The notes: generated by a model not told the origin, from the letters alone. A stretch of 48,658 nucleotides of DNA, filler included, from Basidiobolus ranarum (GCA_040143965.1; 2 parts of 2 records of this genome joined end to end with filler, not necessarily neighbours in it); one strand, 5' to 3'; shown: positions 36,237 to 48,658, numbered from the whole stretch's first letter. Program-made: numbers and translations.

Positions 36237-38781
36237 TCAGTTATAGAGAGGGGTAGCAGTTTCACGGATTCTAAGACCTTGGGTTCTGGAATTAAGATTA
36301 GACACAAGGCAGTCTTCACAACAAACCAAGTGATTCGTTTCACCGAAGGCCATTTCGGCACCGATCACCTTTTTACATATACCACACAAGAAACACTTGA
36401 AACAAACGTTAGAAAGATTCTTCAGATACTGTGCTTGGTTTCTACTCACCCCACAATGATACGTTAGAGATCCTCGTGTCACATAAGGCCCATTGATTTG
36501 CTCTTGACATGCTTCGCAATGGGGTCGTTGAATACACTATTTCATAAAATGAACAGACCAGTTAGGTTGGGATGTTGGTACCCAGGTGCACAACAATGAA
36601 AATACCGAATTACCTGTAAATGATAGGGTGCATCATCCTTTGTTACGAAAGTGCCGTCCTCAAACTCCTCATAGCACAGGGCGCATGTGAAGCAAGAAAG
36701 ATGATATCTTGATCCATCTGTCAACTTGAGCCACGACTCGCCAATGGGTTTGGTGCATTTTCGACAAATGTGGGACTCGGGTAGAGTGGTATTGAGTGTG
36801 GGATCAAGATTTTGAGAGGTTTTTACGCTGGGGATGCACTATAGACATCGTATATGTGAGCAGTAGAACACAAGAAATAGTAAATAAAACGGGGTCTACC
36901 TTTCTGTGGTAGAACTTGCCACTGAAGTTGATATACAATCCATCCTCAAACTCTATGTTGCATCCCTCACATATAAAACACTCTGGATGAACAGTATCAC
37001 CTCCGGGCAGACTATACCACGAATTTCGGATTGGATCATCACACTTGTAACAAACTGATCTTTTTGTATTGACCGTAGCTTGGGGATTGTTGGTTCGACG
37101 CTGGAATGATTCTGAGTTGGTAGGAACTTCACACCGAAGCTTGGAGGCCTCCTTTTTATGATTTACTCGGGACTTTGGGATCGATTTGTCTGGATGGTTA
37201 TTAAAAAAATTGGACTGGCTGAATGTGCGAGCTACATTGATGCTGGTAGAGGCGGGTGGATACGCATCTGGCTTTTTGTTGTCAAACAGTGCGGTCACTC
37301 TGGATGCATGTACCGGTTCATGTTCCGAACTATATCGCGGTAAGTACAGAGATTGAGAGGATGATGCAGAAATGGAAATTTTCGAAGCAGACAAAGAACT
37401 ATGGGCTCTGTCGGCAGTTGTACATACAGATGATCTGCTAGGTATATTTTGTCTAATAGTAGAAGAGCTATTGAATATTGATTGGGATTTGCTAGGTATG
37501 TATTGCTTAATAGGTGACACACAGGAGGATCTTGAGTTGTTATTTGAAGTGGCAAATCCGGATGGCTTACTAGGTGTAAATTGATTTGTAGATGTTACAT
37601 GCGAAGGTTTTGGCGGATTGTTTGACCATGTATTATTAGGAGTCTTTTTTAGAAAGCGATATAACGCTTCCGGTTTGGATTTGGACATCTTCACCGGATC
37701 TGGAGTAGGAGACTCGCTGGCGGCCCTTACTCGCTTTTCGACAGGGTGGGAACGACCAAAGTTCGGAGAGGGTGTTAAACGAGGCTGAGCATTTGGCTCA
37801 GGTGACTTTTCCGAGTGTGAATCTGTACGGCTAGGGGTTAGATCAGCCACACTTTTCGAGAGTCGAGGTGACAAAGAACAGAGAGAGCTGGAGTGAAGTC
37901 CTGACTTTACAAAGCATTCATCACAACAAGGCAATCCAACCATATCTACTAAAGGATCTTTGATCCAAATCCCACAATGACGACACTTGAGACAGTCCTA
38001 CAAAGAGAATGAGAACTTCCTCGAGACAAGAATAGGTAGCTACGGAAACTTACTTTGTGCCAAACTTTACGTTTATATTGTACGAAAGGTCCGCCCGTGC
38101 TCAACACCAAATGATGACACTCTTCACTAGAAATTAGGACATTCTGGTTGAATAGAAAGTCAATTGAATAATTACATTAGCTGCTCTACTTACCATCTAC
38201 CTTTCCCATACTCTTGCGTATAGCATTCATTACACTGCTGCGGTCCGAATTTTCGAGGATTCATTAATGATTCTTGATACTAGATCATCGTGGGAGTGTC
38301 AATAATAGATACTCAAGTTCAAAAAAGTAAACCACTTGACATACATTTCTTAAATCAATTCCACAAGTAAAACAGTGAGTAGTAGGGGTTAAATCAGTTG
38401 TAACCATACGTTTCACAACCGACGATTCCACCGGTTTTTTAAAGCCAATATCTACATATCTTAATTGGAATGTTATATTCGAGAATGTCGGTGATTTAGT
38501 AAATCAACTACAGTTCACAAACCTAGAAACCCAAGGATCTCGACGAGAAGAGGCTTCAGAGTGACCACTAGTTGCTGACTCTACGAATTTAAACAAATCA
38601 TTAACGAAGGAACTTTACGTTACTGTATAACTTCTAACTGAAACCACTAAAAGTAAAGAACTTGTGACGAATAACCCTTTCAGGTTAATAAAAAACCATG
38701 TCTCATACCAACAATTCTTCCACAGCAACGAGGGCATTTGTGAAGTTTTGATATTTCACCGCATCTCTGACAGAAACCCAT
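36237..38781 (-). CDS. Multi-LIM-domain protein with N-terminal Cys cluster and central Ser/Pro-rich region, multi-exon
   Basis: Start MGFCQRCGEI; at least four LIM patterns, e.g. CYKC..HPECFICEGC, CRKC..HLSCFTCALC, WHKDCLKCRHC..CCDEC. Confidence 0.88.
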
Positions 38782-39347
38782 TTTGAAATAGTGGAGTCTA
38801 ACTATAAAAGTTAGTTCTAAAAGAAGTACTAGTTCGAGGGCGTCAACCAGAACAAGTTTATTAAAGCTATTCACTTGCAAGTTGCAGGGGAAGTTAGAGT
38901 AGAAAGAAGCACTGGGTTAAGGGGTTAGTTGCAAGGGTTGGAAATTATTGTGACTTGCAAGGAGAAAGGGAACCTTCACACCGAAGTGCTTATTATCAAT
39001 GATTCAACCACTCAACCACCTCATGGGATTTTTTATCTAACATTACGGACAATTTACTACATGAAACTACAATCCTATCCATTAATCCATTAATCCACTA
39101 CGGAGAAAGCCAGAGTACAATCAAGGACACTGAGCCAGTGGATTTTGTACTTCGAATTGTACAACTGAAAAAGCAATCCATTCGTATCCTTAATTTCATG
39201 GGGCAAAGACCAGCTTTGAATGATGATTATTGATATGAAACCCAAGCCATCAGACACCATCAATAGTCACAAATATTTGCCAGCGATCCAAATTATGAAC
39301 TAGCTGCAGTGTTAACAATCCGACACATTTACCATCATCACCCCAAG

Positions 39348-39425
39348 CAACAATCCGCCAATAAAATCAACAATCCACCATTAAAATCAATAATCCGCCA
39401 TTAAAATCAACAATCCACTAATAAA
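39348..39425. repeat. 20-bp minisatellite, ~4 copies (WTAAAATCAAYAATCCRCYA)
   Basis: Directly visible imperfect tandem units. Confidence 0.9.
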
Positions 39426-39801
39426 GTAACAGAATATAATGATTTAATAAATGAAAGTAACATTGTCCGTAAGATAGAAGAAATATGTAAACGAAAGAGA
39501 ATTGCCATAAATATGAAATGAAAGCAGCAATATAAAGAACAGCAACAAAAAGAAGGTTCAAAACTTGGGGATTTTGATCAACAACATGATGTATCTAGGA
39601 ATCAAGTACCGAACACTGAATGAGAGATTACAAAAAGGAAATGGAAATGGAGATGGAAAATTGTAAACAAATCTACACATACTTGTCGACTTCAATTAGG
39701 AAATTTAGAGTGTATTCATATAAACAAGATGATTTTGTCAAGAGTAAGTGTCAACCACATATAAACTTGGTCAATGAAAATTGCAAACTATACTGATGAT
39801 T

Positions 39802-40662
39802 CTACCGTCTGGTTAAAGCACGATGTGCTTCTGAAAGTTGATTTTCAAGGTTTTTGATTCGCAATGAATACTCTACTTCCTTCGATTGTGCATTCGTTTT
39901 TTCACTCTCCAAGACCGCCAGCTTCATTTGTAGTTTGGAATTATCTGATTCCAAGTCAGAGACTCGTTGTTCTAAGGTCTCCATCTTTTGCACCTTCCGC
40001 ATACGAGAACGACGAGCAGCATCTGTGTTCTTTTTACGTTTCAATGCCACCGGGTCAAGACTATTCTCATCACCGGAAGTATCACCGCTGTCTCTTCGCT
40101 TAGACGAGGTAGGTGAAGAAGAAGCAGATGTGGGGGAATTCGATACTTTCCTCGATTCTGTTTTGACTTGAATTGGGTAAAATTGTGAATTGGAATGATG
40201 TACTGGAGACTGTTGATTTACAGTATGATTTGAGACGAACGACATAATATCATGTGAGCTGGATTGCTGACGATTCAGCATCGATTCAGCATTCCCGGAA
40301 ACATTTGAGTTGAGATCAGGAAAGAAGCTGAGAGCTCCCATTCCTAAAGGACTGTGAAGACTGTTCAAAACATGCTGATCAAAGAGAGGAGTATCCAGTA
40401 CATTCATGCCATTGTTCGGTAAGTTTCCAGGAATCGGTGATTGTAAGCTGAAATCTCCTATTGGAGAAGGTGCTGCAGAATTCGTTTGAAACTCGTTAAC
40501 CCATGAATCGAAAAGCGGACTAGAATTCGGGGGTAATAAAGGAACCCCGGAAAAATCCTGGTTGAGAGGGCTAAAGTCGGGATTGTTTTGGTGAGCTTTA
40601 GGCTTTTTTTCAATTATCGAAGGTTTACGGAAGACCGCTTCGGAAGTTGTCGCCGGAGGCAT
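39802..40662 (-). CDS. GCN4: bZIP transcription factor, Gcn4/CpcA/Cpc-1-like, 286 aa
   Basis: DPVALKRKKNTDAARRSRMRK basic region plus leucine zipper; hydrophobic activation clusters (SPLFD, TPLFD, SFFPDL). Confidence 0.85.
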   Translation of the reverse strand: MPPATTSEAVFRKPSIIEKKPKAHQNNPDFSPLNQDFSGVPLLPPNSSPLFDSWVNEFQTNSAAPSPIGDFSLQSPIPGNLPNNGMNVLDTPLFDQHVLNSLHSPLGMGALSFFPDLNSNVSGNAESMLNRQQSSSHDIMSFVSNHTVNQQSPVHHSNSQFYPIQVKTESRKVSNSPTSASSSPTSSKRRDSGDTSGDENSLDPVALKRKKNTDAARRSRMRKVQKMETLEQRVSDLESDNSKLQMKLAVLESEKTNAQSKEVEYSLRIKNLENQLSEAHRALTRR

Positions 40663-40739
40663 GTTGAAAAGATTTCGAGTTCGAAGGAACTGGGTTGATA
40701 TAGAACTAGATCAATGACAGTTGTTGAGTAGTGAGAGTA

Positions 40740-40748
40740 TTATGACAT
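40740..40748 (-). promoter_or_regulatory. Minimal upstream ORF (ATG TCA TAA) in the GCN4-like leader
   Basis: Only ATG in the ~380 nt upstream of the main start; ends 77 nt before it. Confidence 0.65.
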
Positions 40749-41370
40749 AAAGCAATATGGGTTGCTTCGAGTTGTTGTGTGTATCTTCTAAGATAAATGA
40801 TTTTTGTTGTCGGGATAGGAGTATAACACTAAAGTAGAGCTCAAAAAATAACTAGAACCTGCGCTTATGTACCAGAATATACACAAAAATCACCTAAAGT
40901 AAGCAATAGATAAAAGGCCACAACGAAGCACAAAAAGTGGTACTTTACGCAGAATACCCTTAATATATTAGTATCTCCACTTTTTTGGGGATCAAAGCGC
41001 AGTGGGGACCGCCTCAGTATCCAATCCTTACGGAGTTTGATCACCATGTCCAATAGCCCATTCCGAATAGAATCAATGAAATGGATCGGATCACAGAGTG
41101 AACTCAGGGCTCAAATTCAGCCAGTTTCAACCCACTCTGATAACAGCTCATATCCGAAGATCTACCAGTATCTTTGAAATGATTCGTAAACTGCATAGGC
41201 TTGGAGGGGATGGTGAAACCCTCCGGACTCGGGTAATGGAGCTAACACAAAAGGGCCCAATATCCTAAGTTTAATCGCCGCTTGTCTAGGTTTCTTCTGA
41301 ACCCCACTCGGCTCAAAACCACCCAATCTTATCTCTATCGTAAGTTCCGACTAGGCTAGATGACTTTGAG

Positions 41371-41377
41371 TGACTCA
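41371..41377. promoter_or_regulatory. Gcn4/CpcA response element (gTGACTCAt) upstream of the GCN4-like gene
   Basis: Near-perfect ATGACTCAT consensus ~710 nt upstream of the ATG. Confidence 0.5.
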
Positions 41378-41424
41378 TTAAGGGTCATCCGTTGGGAACA
41401 TAGATTTGGGTAACAATCGCTTGA

Positions 41425-41441
41425 TTAGGGTTAGGGTTAGG
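41425..41441. repeat. Interstitial telomere-like (TTAGGG)~3 / telo-box
   Basis: TTAGGGTTAGGGTTAGG. Confidence 0.7.
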
Positions 41442-42234
41442 CGGGGCTACGACCATTGCTATGTGAAAGGAGATTGATATTGCTTAGTAGTATGATGGTT
41501 AGATATAAGCATGCCTCGACCCTCAATTCTGTTACCTGCGTACACCACTAGAGCTTATAATGCTACTGAAGTCATTTACCCAATTTGAGATATGGTCATG
41601 AGAGTTACACCATGGAAAATACATTTAACATTCCTGCCTATTTTGAGGTGAAATCAAAGCTACTTGTGACCTTAGTGCGAGCATAGATATTCTGTATTTG
41701 GCGCACTATAATCAATAGCATGTGACCCAAATAAGCAACCACGCACAGCTGATCGGCCATAGAGGAATCCCATCTTATGAAGCCCACGTTCGGATCATCA
41801 GTGTAGGAGGTGCTCACTATCAATAGTACTATTCCGTGATTGGTCAGAGGTATATTTTGGTTTCTATCAGATCTATATATATATATAACCAATAACATAA
41901 ACCGAAGAAACGGTTGGAGAATGGGGCACCCTGGTTTTAAGGCCACTCATGATATTCCATTGAAACGTTCCCCACAGATAATCTTTCATGAAGCGTCCTA
42001 TCACCATTCGAGTAGCTTGAAATCTAGAATAGATGGAACCGGATCTTAAGGTTAAATTAATCATCCCACCGATAGCCTGCAGATAGCTAACACTGAATTA
42101 TTTAGAATCAGCTCTCTTTTGGTCTCTAAGATCGTGGGTTCTACGATGATTATTACACTTGACGCTTTTATTAATGAAAGTAGTAACGTGATAGCTATTT
42201 CATACTAAGGAAGCTGGAGGCTGGGGACTATGAT

Positions 42235-45072
42235 TTATGTCTGCTTCTTTGCACGTACTTTTTCAATCAGATATTTTACTCGCTGTTTACACTCTTTCTT
42301 GGATCGACCGGTTACTGCTTCGGCAATTTTATCCCATCGTTCGCCTTCACCTTTCCAACTTGGTGGATAGGTTTGAAGAGCACGCTCAAGTTGTGCCTGT
42401 TCCTCTGGAGACCACAGAGCGGGGTCAGACTTGGTAACGGGCTTAGGTACAACCTCTGGTTTTTCTTGAACTTCAATAGGAGGCAGGTCGCTTTCGTATC
42501 TTTGGGATGGTTCCTCAATTAGCCGCGAGTCTTTGTGCTTTTTCTGAAACTGCAGCTTCTTGACCGCAGCAGAATCCATCGTATTAGTACCTTAACAATG
42601 GTTGGCTGTTAGTAAGTGGTGTGATGTTCATAGTCTATCCTACAAACCTTTTGATTTCTTAATAATCTCTTCGTTTCTCCTACGAGGGTGGCCAGTATGT
42701 ACAGAGATATATTCACTGATAGTTTCCCATCTGATGGTAGAGTTTAGTTTATGACCAGGCAACAACAGTATATATTAAATTAATACCGATTGATGGTCCC
42801 TCCTGGAAATTTGTTTACTGCTTTGATCAATAATGCGATTTCATCGACTTCCCAGGGGCGTTCTTTACTGCTTTTGGGCTTGGAATCATTTTGCTGAGTA
42901 GTGGGCTGTATGGTTTGCTTGGTCGCTTCGGAATCTATTCAATGATCATTAGTATCCGAGGTGGTGGTTTCTCTGTCAATATGTTACAACCCACCAGGTG
43001 CCAAATGAATGAAGGATGTGGCAGATACGGTTCCTTGTTCTAGAATGGTTTTGACCTAAAATACCACAATGCGATAAATCAAAGAGTTTAATGGTAGATA
43101 CATATGCTGCTCTTCATACTTGAGTTTGAATGGCTTTCGATAAATCCTCAGTGATCTTGGACTTTTCCATGGTCTGCCTTAATCCTTCAAGTTCTTCCAG
43201 ACTTAGATTTTCAAAGAGTGTGTCAAGTTCAGAGAGCATGATATCAATCTTATCAACAGGTGGAGTTTGGCTTGAGGGATATAGATAGTTTTGCTCCTGG
43301 ATGATCATAAAAGTCAACGATTGCTGTGTAAGATACGATACAGATGCTCAAGTACCTTGATGATATTCTTAATAATCTTCCTTTCGCGTCTATTAGCTTT
43401 CTTTTTAGCCTCACGCTCTTTCTTCTCCTCTTGTAGCTGGAAAACTTAGTGAATAATAAACTCAAATCTAGAAAAATCTGGCCGTTGCTTACTTTGATCT
43501 TTTCTTCCTCTTCTTTTTGAATTTGTTGGCGTTTCTCTGCTTCCTCTCTCTATTGAAATTTATTAGATAATGGTGCGATATAGGCTTATCACGAAACTTC
43601 ATTTACCTTCTTAGCTTCTTCTTCAGCTTGTTTGGCCGCTTTCTCTCTTGCGATTCTTTTATCTTCTTTGGCTGATCTTTCCTCCTCCTTAAATTTAGTG
43701 ATGCGAGGATCCAGCTTAAGAGCTTGGTCTACAATAGGTGATGCGTTGAATTTTCTGCACATATTTTAAACTGTATATAATGATTCACGAACCAACAAGT
43801 TTTCTCACTCGAGCAGTATCTTCCTTCTTTCTTCTGGCTCTTTCAGCCTTATTCTTCTTTTCTATGAACCGTTTATCGTCACGACTACCAGGATTTCACG
43901 AATTAAAATTAGCCAGCTTAGTAGTATGATAGAGGAGATCAATAATTACTTTTCTGCAGTCTCAGAGTCTTCTTTGTCTAGATATTCGAATGTTCTCCAG
44001 GAGTCAAATTTATACCAAGAATCATAAAAGCCTTCAACATCTTCTCGGCGAGAATTAGCGTCACCCAACAATGGGACAGGCTGGGTTTTGGAGAACCTAA
44101 CGTAAGAAACATCGATTAGTTAACTGAGATACATAGGTACCCTCATTGGAGATATGGAATGTACTCGTTACTGAGAAATAAAGTAAGGAATGCATAGAAC
44201 TTACCTAGCTTCTCTTTCGAACACAGGTCCATAGGTTTCATAGAAATCGCCTTCCTCTCTAGGGTTGGGGATTGTATCTTCTATCGTAGGATCAGCAGAA
44301 TCGTATTGAGCTCTTCTAACTGGATCACTAAGCACCTCCCATGCTATTGAAATAGTATTATTCACATAATCTCTAATTTGAACAACGGTAGGAACTAGAT
44401 ACTGTACCTTTCTGAATACATTTGAAGAAAGAATCATCATTGGCATCACCACTAGATGCTTTCTTATCAGGATGATGCTTAAGTACCCTCCGACGATCTA
44501 CGTATTGAATTCAGTAAAAAAAATAAACCACCAAATGTTTCGGGGAGAATACTTACGCGCTTTCTTTAGTTGTTCATATGTTGCCTTGTATCTCAGCTTG
44601 CTTATGCCCAATATCGCATAATGATCTTGATTCTACAATATACAAAAAGTTCTTCAGTCAATACACTCTACTTGGTTCATATTTCTCTTTTACTACGAAC
44701 TTTCCAATCTTTTGGATCACGCTGCAATAGTTCTTTGGTTTCTACGTCCTCTTCAAGTATACTGTCATCCTCACCACCAGACAATTGAATTTTATCAGCT
44801 TGAATGCGTTCATCCTCTGAAAAAGTTCTTTTATGCACTTGACGGCGTGCATAAGCAAAATAGAAACGACCAACAGGCTCAATGCTTCTTGGAGTAGGTT
44901 CTATAAGCATACGTATATATAAGTATTGTCAATATCTGTAAACACTTGAATATATTCTCTAGAATCAACACGTTAAAAGCAAAGTACCGGAGGGTCCCCT
45001 GTGAACTATTGACGATTTATCTTTGTCCCATTTAGACGAGGGAATAGGAAGTGAAAAATTCATAACTGTCAT
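42235..45072 (-). CDS. ZUO1: Zuotin / DNAJC2 ribosome-associated J-protein with two C-terminal SANT/Myb domains, many introns
   Basis: [19 protein letters not shown] domain [39 protein letters not shown]1 [29 protein letters not shown]2 [26 protein letters not shown]. Confidence 0.95.
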
Positions 45073-45546
45073 GTTCTCAACTAGTAACGCTTGGTCACAA
45101 TAACACTCGGGGTTTTTTTTGGAATACTGAGTTTATTTATCAATAGATTATTTGTGCGAAAATTACTTCTTGAAGGGCATTGATTTTCCATCCATCAAGT
45201 TCTGGATGATTCTTTTTAGCATGAAACAAGAATTGCTTAAAATATTGGTTGTCAACATTCAGCATGGGTGAATGGCCCTAAACCCACCCTACTACTACCA
45301 TGTTTGATCAATGCAGAGAAATCATCACAAGGCTCAGAAATTATATTTAATCCACCTTCAAGCACTGATCGTAGGCTGCTTAAAAAGCCCACTGTCCAAA
45401 AGGTTTATATAAAAAGATCATAACAGACATTATCTTACATTCTCTAATTCTTTTCTAGCTATGTTCAATCTATTCTGTCGTTGGAAGAGCCGTAAAAGTC
45501 TGATCACAATTACAGTTTTAAATAAGAAACGTCAAAGCGTAAAAGC

Positions 45547-47373
45547 TCAATTAATCAATTTGGTAGTAACTATTTCGTAAACCATTTGTTTACGAAATTG
45601 AACCATGTGCCGCTGACTGAAATTCAAAGGAGAGTTTCGACTGATGTATTCTGCGTATTGGCAAGAAAATACGCCACAATCGTAACCGTTCTCTTGTCTG
45701 GGAATATCCTACAACCCAAGAGCGATATAAATAGTGGAGCAAAATTGATTAAGATCCAGTGAAAGTACAGTACCTTAGGGGTGTAACTTGTCCATTCAGA
45801 AGAGTCAAGCACAAGCTCCTTTTTGGATTTCGCTTCATCGTTGAGGTAGGCCTGTAAAGCCTGATTTAACCATCAGAGTACAACCTGTTTAATAAAACGA
45901 TATGGAGCTTAGAAAGATCGTCATGTGCTTACTTTGAGGCATTGCGGATTGTTCGATAACAAGGGGTCATAATACTCAATACGCTTTAGCTTGATGTTGA
46001 TAATTGCGCAACACCAATGAGCGCCTAGATGAATGGGAACAATCACCAATTCTTTGGAAAATAAATCCACCTAATGAACTGTCAAAATCTAGGAAAGTAT
46101 ATTTATAATATACATACATAACTTACTCTACGAGTCCATCGTTGAACTTTGGCGTATCCATGCTCCAACAGGAGCGGATAGAAGAAAGTATTGAAAAAAT
46201 GAACGGAAGGATACTTGTCGGGTTGAGATTTAGCTCGCTCCATAATCAGAGTGCCGTAAAAGTTAACGAGCTATATATTTGACTTAGTAAAGTGTATCAT
46301 GATTACTCACAGAATATTGAGTACCTCATCATTAAGCCACTGTCTATCTCGTAACCGCAATATATCATCCCTATAGATAACAACGTTGAATGCCTCAACA
46401 ACAACAGTTGCGCTGGAATTCAATGTCTCCTCAACCTTAAGTGTCTTCAGGTTAAAACAAGGCAGAACACAGATGGAACGCAAGTGTCAGTGCAATAATT
46501 TACCTTCTTGATTGCGGCAGGTTCTAGAGGTATTGGTTCCTTTGGGACAGATATTTTCAAAAGGTCAGAAATTCAGAGCTATCGATGTATACATCAACTG
46601 GAAATTTACCTTGCGCGTAAGGGATTCATCACCTCCTCTGCAATAAGTTCTTGATATTAGAATGTATAAATTTTAGATAAAAAATGTCTTAGTCTTACAG
46701 TGTAAGTTTTTGAATTTCATCCGCTAAATCACTTTCACTGGACTCAAGGTCGCTATTTGTGGGTGATGATTCACAAACTTCTGCGTTGTTTATAGCGACA
46801 GTTACTTTTGGACTTATCTAGAAATATTCATTATGCTCTCATTAACATCTGTATAGCAATAAAAGTGAAACCAGGTATTGAATCATTTACGTCTTTCTTT
46901 TCAACTTCGGCATTTGATATGCCTATGGATACAGCTTCTAGAAAAATGTTAATATCCAAATACTGAAACTAGTGAATATAAAATTAGCTCACTTTTGGTC
47001 GTACTTTCAGTTTTTTCCTGCATGTTACCTGATTAAAATACAATAGATGCTTCTTAGTAAAAGAACAAAAGACCAAGTATAGTTCAAATTTAGCTACCAA
47101 TATAAGAATTCTCAGTTGGTAAAAATAAATTGGTAGATTTCAAGTGCTTGAGCTACTTAGGGAGGTATTTTAATGAATTGATCAGAAACACTAGCTATCA
47201 CCAAGAGAGAAGATTAACAAGCTTTTCTGAGTTGTTACCAAGAGTTTTAGTGATTGCTTTCGTTTTAGTTCAATATTTTGTTTCTCCTCAGCTAACCGAA
47301 CTTTCTCTAGTAGTTTGCGTTTTTTATGTTGTAAGAGTTTATGTAGTATTCTTTTTCTGTGAAGTTTTTTCAT
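45547..47373 (-). CDS. ULP1: Ulp1/SENP-family SUMO protease (peptidase C48); 5' exons and start uncertain
   Basis: WLNDE|LVNFY, HFFNTFFY, VQRWTRR, VPIHLGAHW (His), EYYDPL (Asp), QENGYDCGVF (Cys); stop at 45547. Confidence 0.9.
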
Positions 47374-47690
47374 AACCGGAATTTAAACCTCGTGTGGGCA
47401 AATGACTGTAACCGTATAAAATATTCACAACCTAATATTTGACATTAGCTCTCACGAGTATGTGTGAATCTAAACTTAGTTTAAGCTTCCCTCAACCACT
47501 AAAGCCGAATATCTAGCATATAAAGTAAGGAATGTTGCTCGAATGGTTTCAATGGACTTTTCTCGTGATGCTAGTGGAAATTGCTCATAGAATCAAAAAG
47601 CGGTTGGATTAGATACGATCAACCTAATCATTCAATCATTCAACGCCATCTTCAAAGCTGGAATCACAAAGCAATCTCTGAATAAAAGCA

Positions 47691-47704
47691 TAGGGTTAGG
47701 GTTA
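47691..47704. repeat. Telo-box (TAGGGTTAGGGTTA) in a divergent promoter
   Basis: Directly visible between the ULP1-like gene and the last gene. Confidence 0.6.
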
Positions 47705-48293
47705 TCATTCATATCAATCAGATTGACAATACCAATTCACGTGACCTATCTATTCAAACAACAGACAGCCTATTCCAAGGAATGCAGGAGTCGTGGAAAA
47801 TATCTGGATTTTTTGATACTCTCCATACTATTTCGTTTCATATAAATAAATCTAACTTTTAATTGGCCTTCCTCAACAAAACCTACCATTTGGTGGTGGG
47901 GATTTTGTCTCAGTTTGAAATGAATATTTGAGTAATTAATTTGTGTATTTGACTTGGCTTAACTTCAACAATATTCTGCACTTTAGTTGTGTAGCGACAG
48001 TTCTTTTGAAAACCAAGATCTTAGGCTTCTACCATAGGCTCTACCAACAGCTTTTCTTAGTAAACGTATACTTTCATTTTTCTTAGATATTTCTTAGTCT
48101 TGGCTATCATTTCTCCTCGTGTTACTAATTAAGAGAGAAAGACAAAGTTACTACTACCTAATTGATCTTTGGTAATTAGCAAGTCTACTTGTACAAATTA
48201 TATTGTTCTGAATATCTTGATCAAATCCATTTACCAACTAATCCAATTTCCAAAAGAATACAGGCCTATTATTTTTCCTTGACATTTCATATC

Positions 48294-48658
48294 ATGCAAA
48301 CGCCAAACACTACCGGGCAACCTGCCAATTATGATCAATATTATTCTCCTTCTGCTAATGCTCAATACTATTCATATTATTACCCTCAGCAGTATCCTGC
48401 AGCTCCAGGTACCGAATATTCCGAAGCAGCTGGAACTCCTCAATATTCTTATCAGGCTGCTCCTGTTTCCAGTACTACTACTACTTCAGCCACTACAGCT
48501 ACTGTAGCAAGTGCCTGGCCCCAAGGTTCTCATCAGACCTATGAAGGGCAACAGTACCTTTATCCTACAGATTACTCTCAATCTATGTATTATTCCAACC
48601 AATCTTATGCGCAATATCAAGCACCAGCTACTACTACTGCGGTATATCAAGGACAGCC
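48294..48658 (+). CDS. 5' part of a gene with a Tyr/Gln/Ser/Thr-rich low-complexity N-terminus; runs off the window
   Basis: Open frame MQTPNTTGQPANYDQYYSPSANAQYYSYYYPQQYP... to the window end. Confidence 0.75.
   Translation, partial: MQTPNTTGQPANYDQYYSPSANAQYYSYYYPQQYPAAPGTEYSEAAGTPQYSYQAAPVSSTTTTSATTATVASAWPQGSHQTYEGQQYLYPTDYSQSMYYSNQSYAQYQAPATTTAVYQGQ

Noticed and set aside
39348-39425. CRISPR-like array
   Set aside because: Contiguous tandem units without unique spacers, in a eukaryotic context
41425-41441. Telomerase RNA template or chromosome end
   Set aside because: Only ~3 repeats, mid-scaffold, with no visible supporting RNA structure; better explained as a promoter telo-box

Overview
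Gene-dense, intron-rich nuclear DNA from an early-diverging fungus. Zoopagomycota/Mucoromycota-like (e.g. Basidiobolus) is my inference from gene content and intron style. Conserved genes reconstructed by splicing by eye: RPL36, a half-size ABCA transporter, CBP4, RFC4, RPS1, SWD2/WDR82, ARG2, a Zn2Cys6 factor, a multi-LIM protein, a GCN4/CpcA bZIP, SANT-containing zuotin, an ULP1-type SUMO protease, and a truncated Y/Q-rich gene at the window end. An accessory block (~9.6-26.5 kb) holds two convergent orphan genes sharing short motifs, a compact three-gene island, small secreted proteins (including a tandem 8-Cys pair), and a CpG-depleted nest of CACTA and copia relics split by an assembly gap. 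The island encodes a GH5 mannanase, a tiny surface protein and a divergent RNase III-like/dsRBD protein. The best candidate for an undescribed system is that RNase III-like protein at 13085-13900, whose catalytic residues are altered. The motif-sharing orphan pair at 10151-11658 comes second.
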